64,000 nt of DNA from Botryllus schlosseri (lineage: Eukaryota). The notes under the pieces are model-generated. The model was not told the DNA's origin. It searched no databases and worked only from the letters and a program-made list of their open reading frames with translations. How positions within the stretch are numbered: position 1 is the stretch's first letter; each line of letters opens with the position of its first letter. The DNA lies in NCBI GenBank assembly GCA_051294905.1, contig CM119372.1, forward strand, positions 32,552,001 through 32,616,000. The letters are read 5' to 3'. Positions 25,472-39,900 of this stretch are shown here, one piece after another. A program made the position numbers and the translations under genes.

Positions 25472-26411
25472 GGCTACACTACATCACAGGTACAGTGTAC
25501 ACACCCTTGAGATCAGTACTCAAGTGACCATTGCCTGTCTCAAATAGCTTTCACGCCGATATCAATACTTCATCAACGAAAGTCCCAATGCTTTCTTCGC
25601 AGCGTTAGTCGTAGCCTACCTCAGCATAGAAAAGCATGTTTCAGAAGAATCTTCATGCATGGACATTTCTGTCAATTACTGATTGTACCCTCAGCCGTTA
25701 CTAAGCGCTACGACACAGTCTTGCCAGTCAGCCAAAAGTCAGTTGTAGACCCTTGATAATTTTCAGCTACAATTGGTAACTTTGCCGAGATTTGAAAATG
25801 ATTTGCTTCTTGAAAGCAATGCAAGGAGGTTATAAAGAACATTCTTGTTTTTTTTTTGTTCAAGGTACCCCCAAGCTGGCACTGAACACTATTATCGAAG
25901 ACATTTATAACAACAAAGATAAAAATATCAATGGACGAATAGAGTGAGACATGTCCTTATAAACGTATTACCTGCACTCTCACATTGTTTTTAGTCGAAA
26001 TATTGGTGATGTAAGCGTGGAAAATATTAATGTTTTTCATCATGATATTTCTGATTTGGAAAGAAGATACAAGTGGAGGTGGAGTTGCATCATGATGAGG
26101 GGTTATTTGCGGTCTGTGTTAGGAGACAATTTCTCAGTTCATAGACGCAAATCACGCAAACAAAACCATTATGGAAGTCTTTGAAGTGTTTGCATCCTTA
26201 TACAAACTATGTTAACCGATATTTGTGCATATTAGGCCTAGGCTACTTCTTTTTGTTAGTGTGTTTGTTCGTCTAATAAGGAATTATGCGTTAATGGTCG
26301 GGTATAATTTTGAGTGAAACGAGAAATCAGAAAACTGACATTACTCGAAGACTAAGGACACTTTAGATTTTGTTTTGTATTCTGGTGAGTAGTTTAGAAT
26401 AGCAAAACACT

Positions 26412-27718
26412 AGGGATGGTGTGAACATGAGGTTCCCGTTCGCGTTCTGAGTGTTAACCTCATAAATTTAGAGGTTCCCGTTCACAAACGAACCTTGGCA
26501 GGTTGTGCACTGTGAACCTTCTTCATATATTACAATTATCACTTCATTATAACATTTTTGGTAGAAATTTACTGCATTTCAACGCTGTGCATGACACTGG
26601 CAGCATAAAAAAAAACTAAACGAGTATCCACCTTGACAATCTCAAAAATTTTACTTTCTTTGTTACAGAAGTTTGCTCGAAATGTCCAGCTTTCCGTTTG
26701 GGAATATTTAGTGACTCTCAGCTGTGAGCTTGACCAGAAATCACACAACACCAATAGCAAAATACACTACATGTAGTCAGCGAATAATGCTTATTCTACG
26801 AAGCAATGAAATTGATATCATTGTCTGCTATGAAAAAAATCTAGCAGGCGTACGTGGTCAATGTTGACTTCATATGTTTTTTGTACCATAAAAATCAAAT
26901 CCGTGCGATTGGGGTGTTGGCTACTGATGTATAACTTGTTAATGGGGTAATATCGGTAGCAAGTATGGAAACCCGTTTTACACTCTGCTCAATATCAACG
27001 TAGCAATGCTCAGACGTCGAATACATTGTCCGGTTCGGTCTAGCCCAGACCGGTAATGCGTATAAGCTTATATTCCCTAGCAAGTCTCCGTCGAAATTGT
27101 TGGCAAAGCGACGGAAGACATTGATTATTGTATCATTTGATACAATAAAACAAAAACCAATACAATCAACCTCCCCGTATTGCAAGTCGCTGAGGTGAAT
27201 TCGGGGTGTATACATCGGACTCGGACTAGATGGAATGAGTCGGTAAGCCTACCCGATGGTTGGTATAAATAACAACCTCGATTTGATCCCGATAATAGCA
27301 CATATACAATTATTATATGCTTATTACTCGAGTAGTCCTCGGTCGCGAATTCAAGCGCGAGATATGTCCAATAGTAAAGTCCCGACTCGAAAAGACCTAC
27401 CGGACTTCGACCACTTACTCAATGCTTTTACCAGGAATCTTAAAATAGGGGGGGGCAGACCCAGGCATTTTTTTTTTGAAAAGGGGCGCTGGAGAAAAAA
27501 GGTTAAGAATCACTGCTGTAGGGTTACCATATTTTAGGAATCAGAAAAGAGGACACTTTTTTAAAATTTTCAGACTTAGAATACTGGAGAAAAATTCTGA
27601 AAAATGGTAATTTTTCCCGGCGTATGGTAACCCTATAATATAGGCTATCACACAGAACCTTTCAAAAAGGTTCACGTTCACACGAACCTCAACCTTTCAG
27701 AGGTTCACACCATACCTA
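26412..27718. mobile_element. GTGAAC/GTTCAC family MITE, copy 3, with internal inserts
   Basis: TAGGGATGGTGTGAAC start, GTTCACACCATACCTA end. ~27130-27645 is replaced by other repeat fragments. Ends 52 bp from the permease stop codon. Confidence 0.8.
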
Positions 27719-27769
27719 AAAAAATTTACTCGACTGAAAGTTTTGCAAAATTTTGTTACATGGTGTAGT

Positions 27770-27991
27770 TCATCGACCGATAATCCAGGAAACAATATCG
27801 TACACAACAACGACGGAAAAGAATATTAAAGTTAAATAATGACTGTGTCGGAGGTAACTGGCGGATTTCAACCCAACGTTGATGTGATTGTACTTTTCGG
27901 ACTTCACCGCGTGCAACCAGAAAAAAGGAAATATTCCTGTTATCAAAGCTCCAGTCAGCGATACTAATCTTTCAAGAATGACGATAAAACC
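27770..27991 (-). CDS. Permease terminal exon
   Basis: ttacag|GFIVILERLVSLTG...YDIVSWIIGR*. Confidence 0.85.
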   Translation of the reverse strand, partial: GFIVILERLVSLTGALITGIFPFFWLHAVKSEKYNHINVGLKSASYLRHSHYLTLIFFSVVVVYDIVSWIIGR

Positions 27992-30900
27992 CTGTAAAGA
28001 TATACATCTTGTCAGAATATTAAACCGATCTATATAACGGATAAAATATGCTATGTAGGCCGTCTGCAGTACGGTGGTCAAAATCAGCGTGTTCGGGAGT
28101 AAATAATATATATATGAAGTTGGGCGACGAGGGAGATTCAGTCAGCTTATTGATTTAATTGGTAACGAGTCGGGAGTAAAATCTCAGTGTTAGCCCAAAA
28201 CAAAAAATTCTTGCAGTCACAAAGAACTACACCAGTTAACTTGACCTATATACTTCACGAAGCGGAGCTATCCCCACACGAAGCGGTGTAATTGGCTTAT
28301 TTCCATGACCTGGAATGGGTGTTAACGCATTATTGTGTTGCAACAAGTGTCATTGACCTGGTCTACCTAAACACGCAAACTATTTCACCTACCTTTGGAT
28401 TGAAGACAGCCACTGTGTAAACAATCGCGTAAGACAGCATCCCCACGGCTGCACGCCAGGCGAAATTTTTTTGCAGCGATGGAAAACAATCTTTGAACAT
28501 CATCCTTTCCGGGTGTCGAGAAATGACATCGTCCACCCAGCCGCACACTAAATCCGAAGCACGGGTCAGCACTGATGACGTGTAGGGTAGCGAATAGGGG
28601 CGATAATACAATTATAATTAGCCGTATGCACCAACATGTGCAAACTTTCATTTTGCACAGTCCAACTTGTTAGTTTGTAAAGAGCTGTTCGAAGTACGCA
28701 GCGCTGGTACTGAGATAAAAGAAGAAGTGACGCTGTACATTATACTCCAATACAACTCGAAGCAGTGGGTAAACAAGGCATGTGAAAACTACTCCAAGTG
28801 GAATTAGAAGAAGAAGGACTGCAAATTACTGAGTTCGTAGTTTTAAGAGTAGATTCGGTCGGCGGTGGGTATTTTCGGAAGTACAGGGGGGGATCTCCGC
28901 GACTGATTTAACACGACCACAAATAGGTGCGATTTTCGAAAATGCCTTTAGTTACTGTGATAGAGTTCAGTAGGAGAGTGGTCAGGTTGCTGTGGAAATT
29001 CACTGAAAACGTGACGTAAAATTATCCGGCAATCACCGTCTCCTTTATGAAAGTGAAAGTTTAAAAAGTAAGTTATTTGTCTGTACAATGTGAAGTAGCA
29101 GTGGAATTAGTCAAAAAACAGTAGGCCTACTTGAGTAAGTAGTGCATGTAGGCAAACTCTACTTGAGTCCTCCGGAAAAGTAGAAGAACTTCGTTACTGA
29201 TCACCTCGGATTATAACCGGGTCATCGGGTTCTTGGCGTGTTCTTGCAAGACTCGTGATCACACGAACTCCGTGATGGATTTTATACTCAAGTTCAAAGT
29301 CGTATCAGATACTCTACTATAGTATCGTTCTCACTGCCCAATGTCACGCCCATAACTATAGTTCGTTTCAAAGTCATCTATTTGGTGTGCATATAAATAT
29401 CCAGTTTAGCAAAAGTCGGAAACCCTCAACTGGGATATCTCTCAAAATCATTTTTTGGGGAAACTATAATCTATGCTTATGCTCATCTATGCTCTCTACC
29501 CGCGAAGTAATGGGATTTCAGTTGAACACGGCCTATATAACAGCTACGGCGAGCGGTAGACAAAGCTGCGAGAATATGTGATGTATTTTATGACGTTTCC
29601 AATACAATTCAAGGGAACCCAACATACTTGCGTGATGCATAGACGTCGCAGCAATGATAAAGGAAACCGTAGTGCTGATTGCAATGAACAACTGGATGGC
29701 CAATGCGATCCACTTCAAGCTGTCGTGGTTCTTCAGCAAAATCTAGATAAGAACATGGGCCATATCATATCTGGTATTGTACAATAGTCGTGTTTTCCAA
29801 AGAAGTGTAGAGAAAGCAAGATAAAGCATCAATCGACTCGAACACTGTAGATATCTTTTTTAATCGTACACTCATTCTTATTTGCCTCCTATACCTATTA
29901 ACGTCTTGGATGACGTTTGTATTGTGAGAATTAGAATGTAATTTGGGGATGAGTTTGTATCGCCTTTATGGATTTGACTCTTCGCATGAGAATCGCGTGG
30001 AATAGACACTATAACACGATATCTGACTATTTTGCAATATACTACCTATTTGTCGTGGCATTAATCATTTGCGGTAATTGCAAAGATACATCCTGCATTT
30101 CGATATTAGCCACATCGGATCGACTGATAAAAGCATGTAACCCGCGACCAATTCAACTTTTTGAAGCAACTAATTCTATTACTTAAATAACTTTTATTTT
30201 CTATACTTCCATACCTGAGGTAATTTTGACATGGCTTAGAAATCGCTACTAATACTTGTAATTAGGTATAATTTTACGTCGTAACGTTTTTGTCTACTCG
30301 AATAGCTATGTTGACTGATGCCCCTGATCAGAGAAGAAGAACTCCAACTACAGTGCAACGTATCTATTTCAAGAAGTCGGCGGTCTGTATGCGCAATTAA
30401 ATTTTGTCACACAGATGAGGCCGTTTGAATGATATTTTCACTTACAAATCGTGATGCACTCCAACCGAACGCTACTTGACATAAGGGTTGTAACCAAGTT
30501 ACAAGGTTCTGAGTCACAAGTCAATCTCACTTTTATAGTTTTGACTCGAGACAAGTCGAGTCATTTTCAATTCACCACCGAGTCAAGTCCGAGTCCTGGT
30601 CACGGAGTAGAGTGTCGAGTCCGAGTCAAAATCATTGTGTTCGCTGTTCAGTTCCGAGATAATGTCATGTGAAACCCACTGTTTACAGCTCTGCTCGGTG
30701 ATGTCGAATGCTTCGCATTCATAATATACTAATTTTCCTCACTTTTAACAGTTTCAGGAAGCATTTTCAAGTACCCGTACTAATGGACGAAATAATAAAA
30801 TAGTGTGATAACTTTATTATTCTTCGAAATTACAATGAAGTACCTGTCTTTGTACTCCCAATCTCGAGTCATGTGACTTGTCCAAGTCATGAGCAATGAC

Positions 30901-33900
30901 TCGAGTACAAGTCGATTCAATACACAAATTGACTCTCTAGTCGAGTCTTTTTTCATTTTTAAGAAAAGGACTCGAGTTAAGTCGGGTCACCAAAATAAAT
31001 CGACGATTAGCCAATTAAGAGCCATGGTTTCATGATTACTAGTCTTCTCGCCGTTTTATGGTCAGTGGCACGCCCATTCTTCGGCAGCTACTTTCAAACG
31101 GTTTGCCCGAAATCTTAGCGGCTTTCCAGTGAGCTTATTTCAAGCCAATTGTTGTTTTTGTCAATTTAATATAGGAGGAAACATTACAAGGGAGTATTTT
31201 CGAGATTTTCCGAATTTTGGACAACCCTGAAGGTCATCTTTCTCAGGTTGGCAGACTTGGATTCATTCATGCAGTGACTCATAAAAATTTTCAATACTTT
31301 CAGTCATGGATAACTAAAACATGTTTCAGATTAGAAATTTTCTTTAAGGGTAGATAGAGACTATCTGCGGGGTGCTCAAATCCCCGTCGCGGACTGGATC
31401 CGGCCTTGTCTAAGATATAGTGGCTTATCTTTTGCATATCTGAACAAAATATTGTTAAGTATCGTCACCTTCTTTTGGTAGAACAATTTTTGGTTGGATC
31501 GTGCGACTGAAATTTATTCTGCATGAAAGTGCTGATGGTGCTCAAAAAGGTTAAAAAGCACTGCTCTAAATTATACCGATCAAGAGCCGTTTACAGAGAA
31601 TTGAATTTCGCACCGTAAAATTTCAGGTCTTATGGTTCCAATTATTCAAATATTTGGCTCGTCTGAAAGTTTTATACCGTATGAGTCATTGCATATCTTA
31701 CAGCTCAAGCAACTTTTCGGTTCGGACCCGGACCTATTTGATCAGCCTGCTTTATCAACATCCGATTCGGCTAATCAGACGATTCCTTAAATGAGAGATC
31801 TGACAGATTCTCGACTGAAGACCTCATGAATTCGGATAGATATATAAAATGCAGGGTGTCGACTATCAAGTATTAGAGCTGACGAAGGGCAAAGGCAAAC
31901 GCCAATTGACCACCAGCTACCGAAACTTCTCCACTTTATACCTTGATGGCGTTCACCTTAGCATTTTTTCATAAAACTTTACCTTTGTTAGCGGAGCTGT
32001 CGCTATTTGTCCCCTTTCTTTTGCCCTAAAAGGAGAATTTCAGGTTCCAACCATGGTTTCAACAAATTATTCAGATAGACCAGGGGTCACCAACACGCGG
32101 CTCGCGAGGTCACATTCTGCGGCCCGCGACCTGATTTGAAATCTCGGAAGAACGCTTAGTAAAGAATTTCAAAATGCTGAAATTGATTTCAGTTTAAACA
32201 TGTTGTTGCTGTTGTCGTTCACAGCAAGCTATTCTCCTGTGCCCAATATCACTATTTCTCAGTAGCAGATACGGCTTCGGCGCTGGTAATATCATTCTTT
32301 AGTCCAGATGTGACCAATCTGCGGCAGTAGAAGGAATATTATGTGGCCGTCGACACTTGATTCGATTAGGATGTGTTAGCGGCCGTCAATTTGCAAATTG
32401 AATTCACGAATATACTCCCGAATTAATGAGAGGTTTGAATGATTTTTGAAATTTTCTTCGCGCTACGCGGAGTTCATTGTGAGTTAATTTTGGATTTTTA
32501 TACTGTAGTTTCCTTTGTAACCTGAGCCCCACAGATCAGATGCGAACAGCAGAGGAAAATGATGCGTCATAAACAAATACCAATTTATATTCGTGGTCTC
32601 TTCATCGCGAAGGAAATTTGTTTCTGGTAGTCATACGTTTGGACGAATCCAATATTTTTCAACTACACCGACAATCCTGATTGGAGGTCAAGAAATAACA
32701 GCATGCAACAAAGAGGTCTTATAACAATTAGGCCCACCCAAAGATGCAGAACAGCAATAATAACTTGCAGGGTTGTAACCAAGTCACAAGGTTCCGAGTC
32801 GCAAGTCAATCTCACTTTTACAGTTTTGACTCGAGTCAAGTCGAGTCATTTTCAATTATCACAGAGTCAAGTCCGAGTCCAAGTCAGCTAGTAGAGGGTC
32901 GAGTCCGAGTCATAGAGTTTTGACTCGAGTCCGAGTCCAAGTCATTGTGCTGACTGTTCGGTTCCGAGTTAATGCCACGTGAAACCCACTTTTTACAACT
33001 TCTTGGTGATATCGAATGCTACGCATTCATAATATTCTAATTTTCCTCATTTTAACAGTTTCTGGTAGCATTTTCATGCACCAGTACTGATAGAAGAGTC
33101 CGAGTCCGGTCCGAGTCACGCGCAATGACTCGAGTACAAGTGAGGTATCGTGAGCATCTCATAGTTCAAAATACAATGAAAGTGATGATCATGATATTTT
33201 TTGTTGGGTTTGTATTTCTTCAATGATATTTTTGTGGTAACCATGTCCGTCGCTCATGCTAAAGAGCACAGCCTTGTACTGAAGTATAGTTATCAAAACG
33301 TGATTGTTAATCTGCATTGCCTATTTTTACCTCGATATTGAAATCATGCGGCCCGTGACCTCTACAAATTTTGAAAAGTGGCCCGCGACTCGTTTTGAGT
33401 TGGCGACCCCTGGCCCTGAAATAGACCTTACCCTGCAATCGTTAAGGTGGGATCACAGGTATTGAAACCGCTGGGCGTCGTCCACATATCGATGGTCATA
33501 GAATCTACGCTGTTACAAGTATCAGTTGTTTGCGGTACGATTTTCAGAACGCTCCAACACCTACAATAAAGGGAAAGGTAAAGGGTTATTCAAGTAGGAT
33601 TTATTCTTGCGAAATATTTGACACAATTCAATCTCAGCATCACAATTTTGCCTATGGGAGTATCTGAACGAGGCATCATTCAGTAAAGTGATAGTTCGTG
33701 GTTTGAAACACCGTTTCCACCTTCCACTCAATGATTAGCGAGGCGGAAATCGATATTATTGAGGCAGTGGCATAGAGGATATCGCGGGTATTTAAAGTTA
33801 CTTCGAGGGTGACAAGGAAAATGTCCCGTCGCACACTGTATAGTAAGAGAAGGTATCTGCCCCGTACTGCATGGTGGCCGACACAACTTCACGATACTAC

Positions 33901-36900
33901 ACCGTCGGTTAGGGAGGTAGATAGCTGATACCGCAATGTTCCACTGCGCTGCGATTGTCGGATTGTTAGCCAACAGTCGTTGACGCAGCCTAATTATATT
34001 TGCTTATTCCGACGACAGGTCATGAACTGCCTCACTTGCCTCTCCTGCATGACCGCATGTCACTTATCGAGCCTGGATATCTGTTTCGATATGCTATCAT
34101 ATCTTGTAGGCTATGATATTTTGCGTAACTCAGTATGATCTAGCCGTTGGTTGAAGTTGAAAATGCGTCGCCGGTCGCCATGTCGTACGTTGAAACTAAA
34201 TTAAAAGGAAACAGTACTTATTGAGACATAATACCATAATATATCCAGTACGAAGCACGTAGTTAAGGCAGCAATTATCGAGTTTCTGAACACCGCCATG
34301 TGCTTCTTATCCGCCTGGAAATTCTCAAACAACACTGGCATCAGCTAAAAACAAAACAAAATTGATAATAAAGCTATTACGATTTCATAAAGGGACCAAG
34401 CTATTTGGGTCATGTGTAGGGTCACCATATTTTGAGATCCGAAAAAGCACAGTTTTCACAGCTCATATAAGATGAAGTATATCATTCATTAATGCAGGAA
34501 ATTTGGCTGCTAATATTGATGGGTTGACTACAAATGGTCGTTTTACGATTCGACTCCCAAAAGACCAGTCCCTGCGTATTATAATCGGTTTGGGTTGACG
34601 TTTTTTTAACCTTGCCGTTGAAATCCAGACTTCACGTATATTATAGCATTGTTTAGTTTTAACTGTACGATCGCCTGACTCTCAAAGCTATAATGGAGGA
34701 CGAATCGCGAAGTAGGATGACATTTGAAATTTATTGAAAAAAGAGAACAAATCCTCCTACAGGAGGGCGTATGTTATAACTTATAACCCTACTCTTTGTT
34801 TCATGTTTGCACTACGCTCTTCCCATTTGCACAGTTCGGTGAAGGCACGCAATTCAAATAGGTCTGTATAGACCTACAATCAATATATTCCACAAATATT
34901 GTATTGTCCCTGATCTATCACTTTTCGTATTATACGGTAAAGTATACAAAGAATATTTGTAAAATTATTGGTATAGATTTTCGTTGAAGCATAGCATACA
35001 TTATACAATGTTTAGTTGTTGCAAATAAAAGGCTTTATTATTGTAGATTCAGGAAGTAGTGCTGGGTGGATCGACGAATTATCTGGTCATACTCCGATCT
35101 TGTTTTTAAAGCTTAGGTCCGAATCCGGTCCGAATCCTATAGCATGGATTTTAGAAATGACCGTGATCCGGTCCGAAAAACTCCGATTATAATTATCTAC
35201 TCACAGAATAGTATTGAATATTGATTGAAACAATGCAAACAGGAAAAAAGCTCACAGATCAATCTCAACCCCTATCTGAAGTTATTATGCCAACTTGGAC
35301 TTAACATGTGGCTTATTTCCATGAACGTTTCACTTTGAATATTGATTCGAGGGTGGAAGAGGGTAACGCTGTCCTCTTCTTAGTTAAAAGTACTGATCCG
35401 GCTCCGAACCGGCGAAAAATGAAAAAGTCCGGCCGGATATCTGATCTGGTTTCGGTCTATGCCCAGCTTTATCGGGAAGTAGTAGTTTTATTACACTTCG
35501 CACGGCGTGAATATAATAAATATTGACCAAAAACGTACTGAAAATGTAATATGCGATGTTTTCTCACCGTGTTGACACCAACTAAAGTCACAACGCCCAA
35601 CAAAAATGGCTGATCGATGTATGTCCAATCGTCAACAATGGTTCGACTATTGCTGCCACCGACGTAAACTGTCACAACAATCTAGGAATAGTGTAATGTT
35701 ATAGAAAATTCTACGAACCCAATAAAATAACTAGAACAGACCGTCACAAAAATCAAAGTTCCTTTTACCAGTGTCAGAAGAGCGACAGTTGTTTTTACGA
35801 TTCGATACCCGAAAACAACAAGGAAAGCCAAAATCCAAGTAAAATAGGGCGTCACTGATCCAGCACTAAAAATTTTCAAACGGAAATTTAGATTCGGCTG
35901 TTAAGACAAAGTATTGCTAAAACTTTTTTCAAAACACAACTGTTTATAACATGTATAAACATGTTTGAACATGTTTAAACATGTTAAAACTAAAAGGTCA
36001 ATGTTTTTCAAAACCGGTACAACTTTGCACCTCACTAGGCCAACTATCGCCGTGTATGATTGAATAGAATACTCAAAACGCCGAGTTATTGTTGCTATAT
36101 AAGTAGATAAGCCTTCTGTGCATGCCTCTTATTGATTTTGACAAGTGAAAATCAGGGCTTTGGATTTGGAGCTGGAGCAAGGAGCTGGAGCCCCGGAGCC
36201 GTGCATTTTCATCGGAGCCCGAGCTGGAGCCGGAGCTCTACATAAAATTCAAGAGGAGCCGGAGCCCGAGCTGGAGCCAATCTATGAACAGTAACTCCGG
36301 CTCCGTTGTATTGCTTAAGATGCTATGCTTTTACTGATGGCTGCGTAAATTGTAAATATAGCTATTCTGTAGGACCTTGACGTCGCCATTATTTATAACT
36401 GAAACGCTTTATCCCTCCATCTTACTTCCGGTTACATCCATTAGTACAGGGAATCTCAACCTCTTTTTGGCTGTGGCCCATTTTCCAGTTTAAAAATGTT
36501 CTTTGGCTCACCTTTTATACTAGAGTCATGGTCCTGTTCAATGCGTGATAATCACTGGCTCCGATATGCCTTTTTCTCTCAATTGTGCGCATACTAATTC
36601 TATTTAAAGCTAGACCATTGCAGTCATGAAATCGCGCCAAGCGCGACAAAACTTTTAGGCTGAATAAATCTCGAACAAACGACCATCGAAAAATATACGC
36701 GCACCTTAGAGCTCCCCCAAATTGGCGGTTTATGGTGCACAACGGCCCAGCTAGATCGTAAAGTCTTGTGTACGTTATGGCCGTCCGCTGTTCCTCTCAC
36801 GTCGCGAAACCCAATGATAACCATTCTGGGCCAGCTTCAAACAATTCTTTGGTGAATAGGATACTACAGGGAAGAGGAGAAAGAATATTTCGATGTGCAA

Positions 36901-39900
36901 GCTGTACAATGCACATATAGTATGTCTTGTACGTATACTGAAGTTGCGATGTCAGAACATTCAATCTAATGATACAACCAATTCATGTGACTCTTACAAT
37001 ACGTACAACGATTTCAAGGCCCGACATTTTCAACCGAAACCAAAGTTTATTTTGCTGCGCTAAATCCAAAATCCCATACGCTTCGTTGCGATGGTGCCGT
37101 ATAATTGCACATGATATTGATAATTGGTAATAAATTGCAATAATACAACCTGCCAAAGTACTGTAATTCTACATCAAATACACTCCAGTCCGAGTTTAAT
37201 GCACAATGCACACCCTTTCCAACGGCATGCGACATGTGACTCTGCTGGAATACTTGGTTACTTCTGCATTACCTTCCAGTTATATATTACAAAATCTAAA
37301 TTGTTTTCGTTGCTGTTAGCCGTTGGTTGTCATAGCCTGGTAATAAGAGCCGCCGTTTTCCCCCTCCTATTTTCGAGAGACTCGATACGTGTCACTACTC
37401 ATATCATGGTCGGATAAAAAGCTTTATCTAGCGTACGTATACTTCGATAATATGAATATATTTCTGTGCAAATAACTTAACAAATATAACTAAACTTTCA
37501 CTAATTCTACAATCCTCCTAGCACAGTGGTTCTCAACGGGGGGGGGGGCGTGAAACATCTGAAGGGGGGCGCGCAGAAGCGGTCAACTGAAAATAATTTT
37601 TGCGCTCTGCGCGATTTACCTCCAATTCACGCGTGTTTCTCTATATATAGACCGATTTTCATATTTTTGAATTCTCTCGTCAACAGTCATAACCTTCCAT
37701 GCCATCAAACAATCTGTTGGGGTTGCTAGCATCCCCGTTGGATTTTGTGATATGATGATAAGGGGGCGCGAAATTTTTCGCTATCATAAATGGGGAGTGT
37801 CTAAAAAAGGTTGAGAACCACTGTCCTAGCAGCTCTGTGGCCCAACTCAAAATGCACCTCTGGCCCACCAGTGGTTCATGGCCACAGGTTGAAAACCCCT
37901 GCATTAGTAAAAAGGTGCATAGTAGGCTAGCCAATACCCATAAGTAGCCTACGACTTATTCGGAGTAATCAAGTGGATTCGGTCTGCAACATACTCCAGT
38001 GGTTGTGGTTATACCGCTTACACTTCACTTCGGAGTTTTTGTATAGGGAAGTTTATGTTTTACAATTGATCAATTTGTCGAGTAGAAAGTGGTATTTGCA
38101 CATGTTGCCGTCACTTTCATGAGGCAAATTACCATGAAAACCTGTCACTGCAGACGATCAGATTATAATTTCGAACACTAAACCTATTCCAGACTCTTGA
38201 ATTGTGATAGTCAAAACTGTCATCGGCGATTGCCTAACAAAAGCCCTGGACGCCTTGTCCTATAATCTACTTCATCAAATTACTTACTCGAGGGCGTCTA
38301 GACGATTCGGTTCCTACTAATACATGAAATAGATTGGTGTCCTTATAATCGCAAATTTTACATGCAATTGAGTTTAATTTAAAGCATCAGTTTTACAAAT
38401 GATTCATTTGACTGCATTGCCAATTCCATAGCAGTGGATCGTCGACGACCATGGAATACCTGCAATCCATCGGTGTTGACTTGTAGTAGGCCTATTCATC
38501 ACATCTGATTTTGTCGAGTCTGAAATTAGTAATCCTTTAGGTTGCTTAAATATTTTTATAGCACACTAAGTAGGTCTATTTCGTAAGCAACACTTTGATG
38601 ATTACGTCCATTTCATTTAAAGTTTCAAGAAAACCCAGTAAATACACGCCTGTATATCCCCAATACGTCGGGGAAGACAGATACAAAATAGTTACCTACC
38701 TTATTTGAAGGATATTGGCGTAGGCTTGCGATCCAGCCAGCGAGTATGATGTAAGAATACTAATACTGGTAACAAAATAGTAGGCCTATTATTGAATTAT
38801 CTCAAACAATACATAAAGGTTCTACTTACAAAACGAATAAGATCGAGAACAGAAAGGCTGCTTGCATATATCGGTTAAGAAATAGCTTCCCGATGCTATA
38901 AACATTCGGTCCCGACAGCTCCGAGTTTTGGTACTTTGAATCTGGTGAATTATATTTTAAATCTTGTTAAGTTATTAACTTCGTATGAAGACCATATAGA
39001 AGCTATCATGTGATTTGTATTCTTATTACACGAGGCAAACAAATGCAGTGGTACAACTTTGATCGTCCATAAGGCTATATGCCATTGATTTGTTTTGATT
39101 TTACCAGTTAATATTATCATGGCGACATATGAGATTTCAGTAACTCAGTAAGTAGGATCGGATGGGGCTTTGGAATTTTACTGTTGGATCAGGTGACTGA
39201 TGCAACAATAGACACCGGAGGGCGGACATTACCATAGAAGTCATTTACCAGGGTTGTGACCAAGTCACAAGTTTCCGAGTCATAAGTCAATCTCACTTTT
39301 ATAGTTTTGACTCGAGTCAAGTCGAGTCATTTTCAATGTAATCACCGAGTCAAGTCTGAGTCCAAGTCAGAGAGTATAGGGCCGAGTCCGAGTCATAGTG
39401 TTGTGACTCAAATACGAGTCCAAGTCATAGTGTTGTGACTCAAATACGAGTCCAAGTCATTATGTTCACTGTTCAGTTTTCAGTTCAATCCGGTTCAACC
39501 CACTTTTTTCATCTCTGCTTGAGTGATATAGAATGGCTCGCATTCATGATATCGTAATTTTCCTCAGTCCTAACAGTTGCTGTCCCTATTTTCCAAGTAT
39601 CAGGATTGACAGACAGAATACTCATAATGTAGTGACTCTACTATTCTTCGAAGTTACAATGAAATGTCTGTCTTGGCCGTCCTAGACCCGAGTCGTGACT
39701 TGGTTCGAGTCGTGCACAATGACTCGACTACAAGTCGAGTCAATACACAAATTGACTCGAGTCGAGTGATTTCACGCATTTGAAAAAATGCAAAATGGCT
39801 AAATAAAATATGATTATAGATGGACAATTTCGAAAGTATATTCAGTTATACCGTTATATTGGGCTGTATCGCCTAGTTCAGGGGTTCTCAGCCCTTTCTT

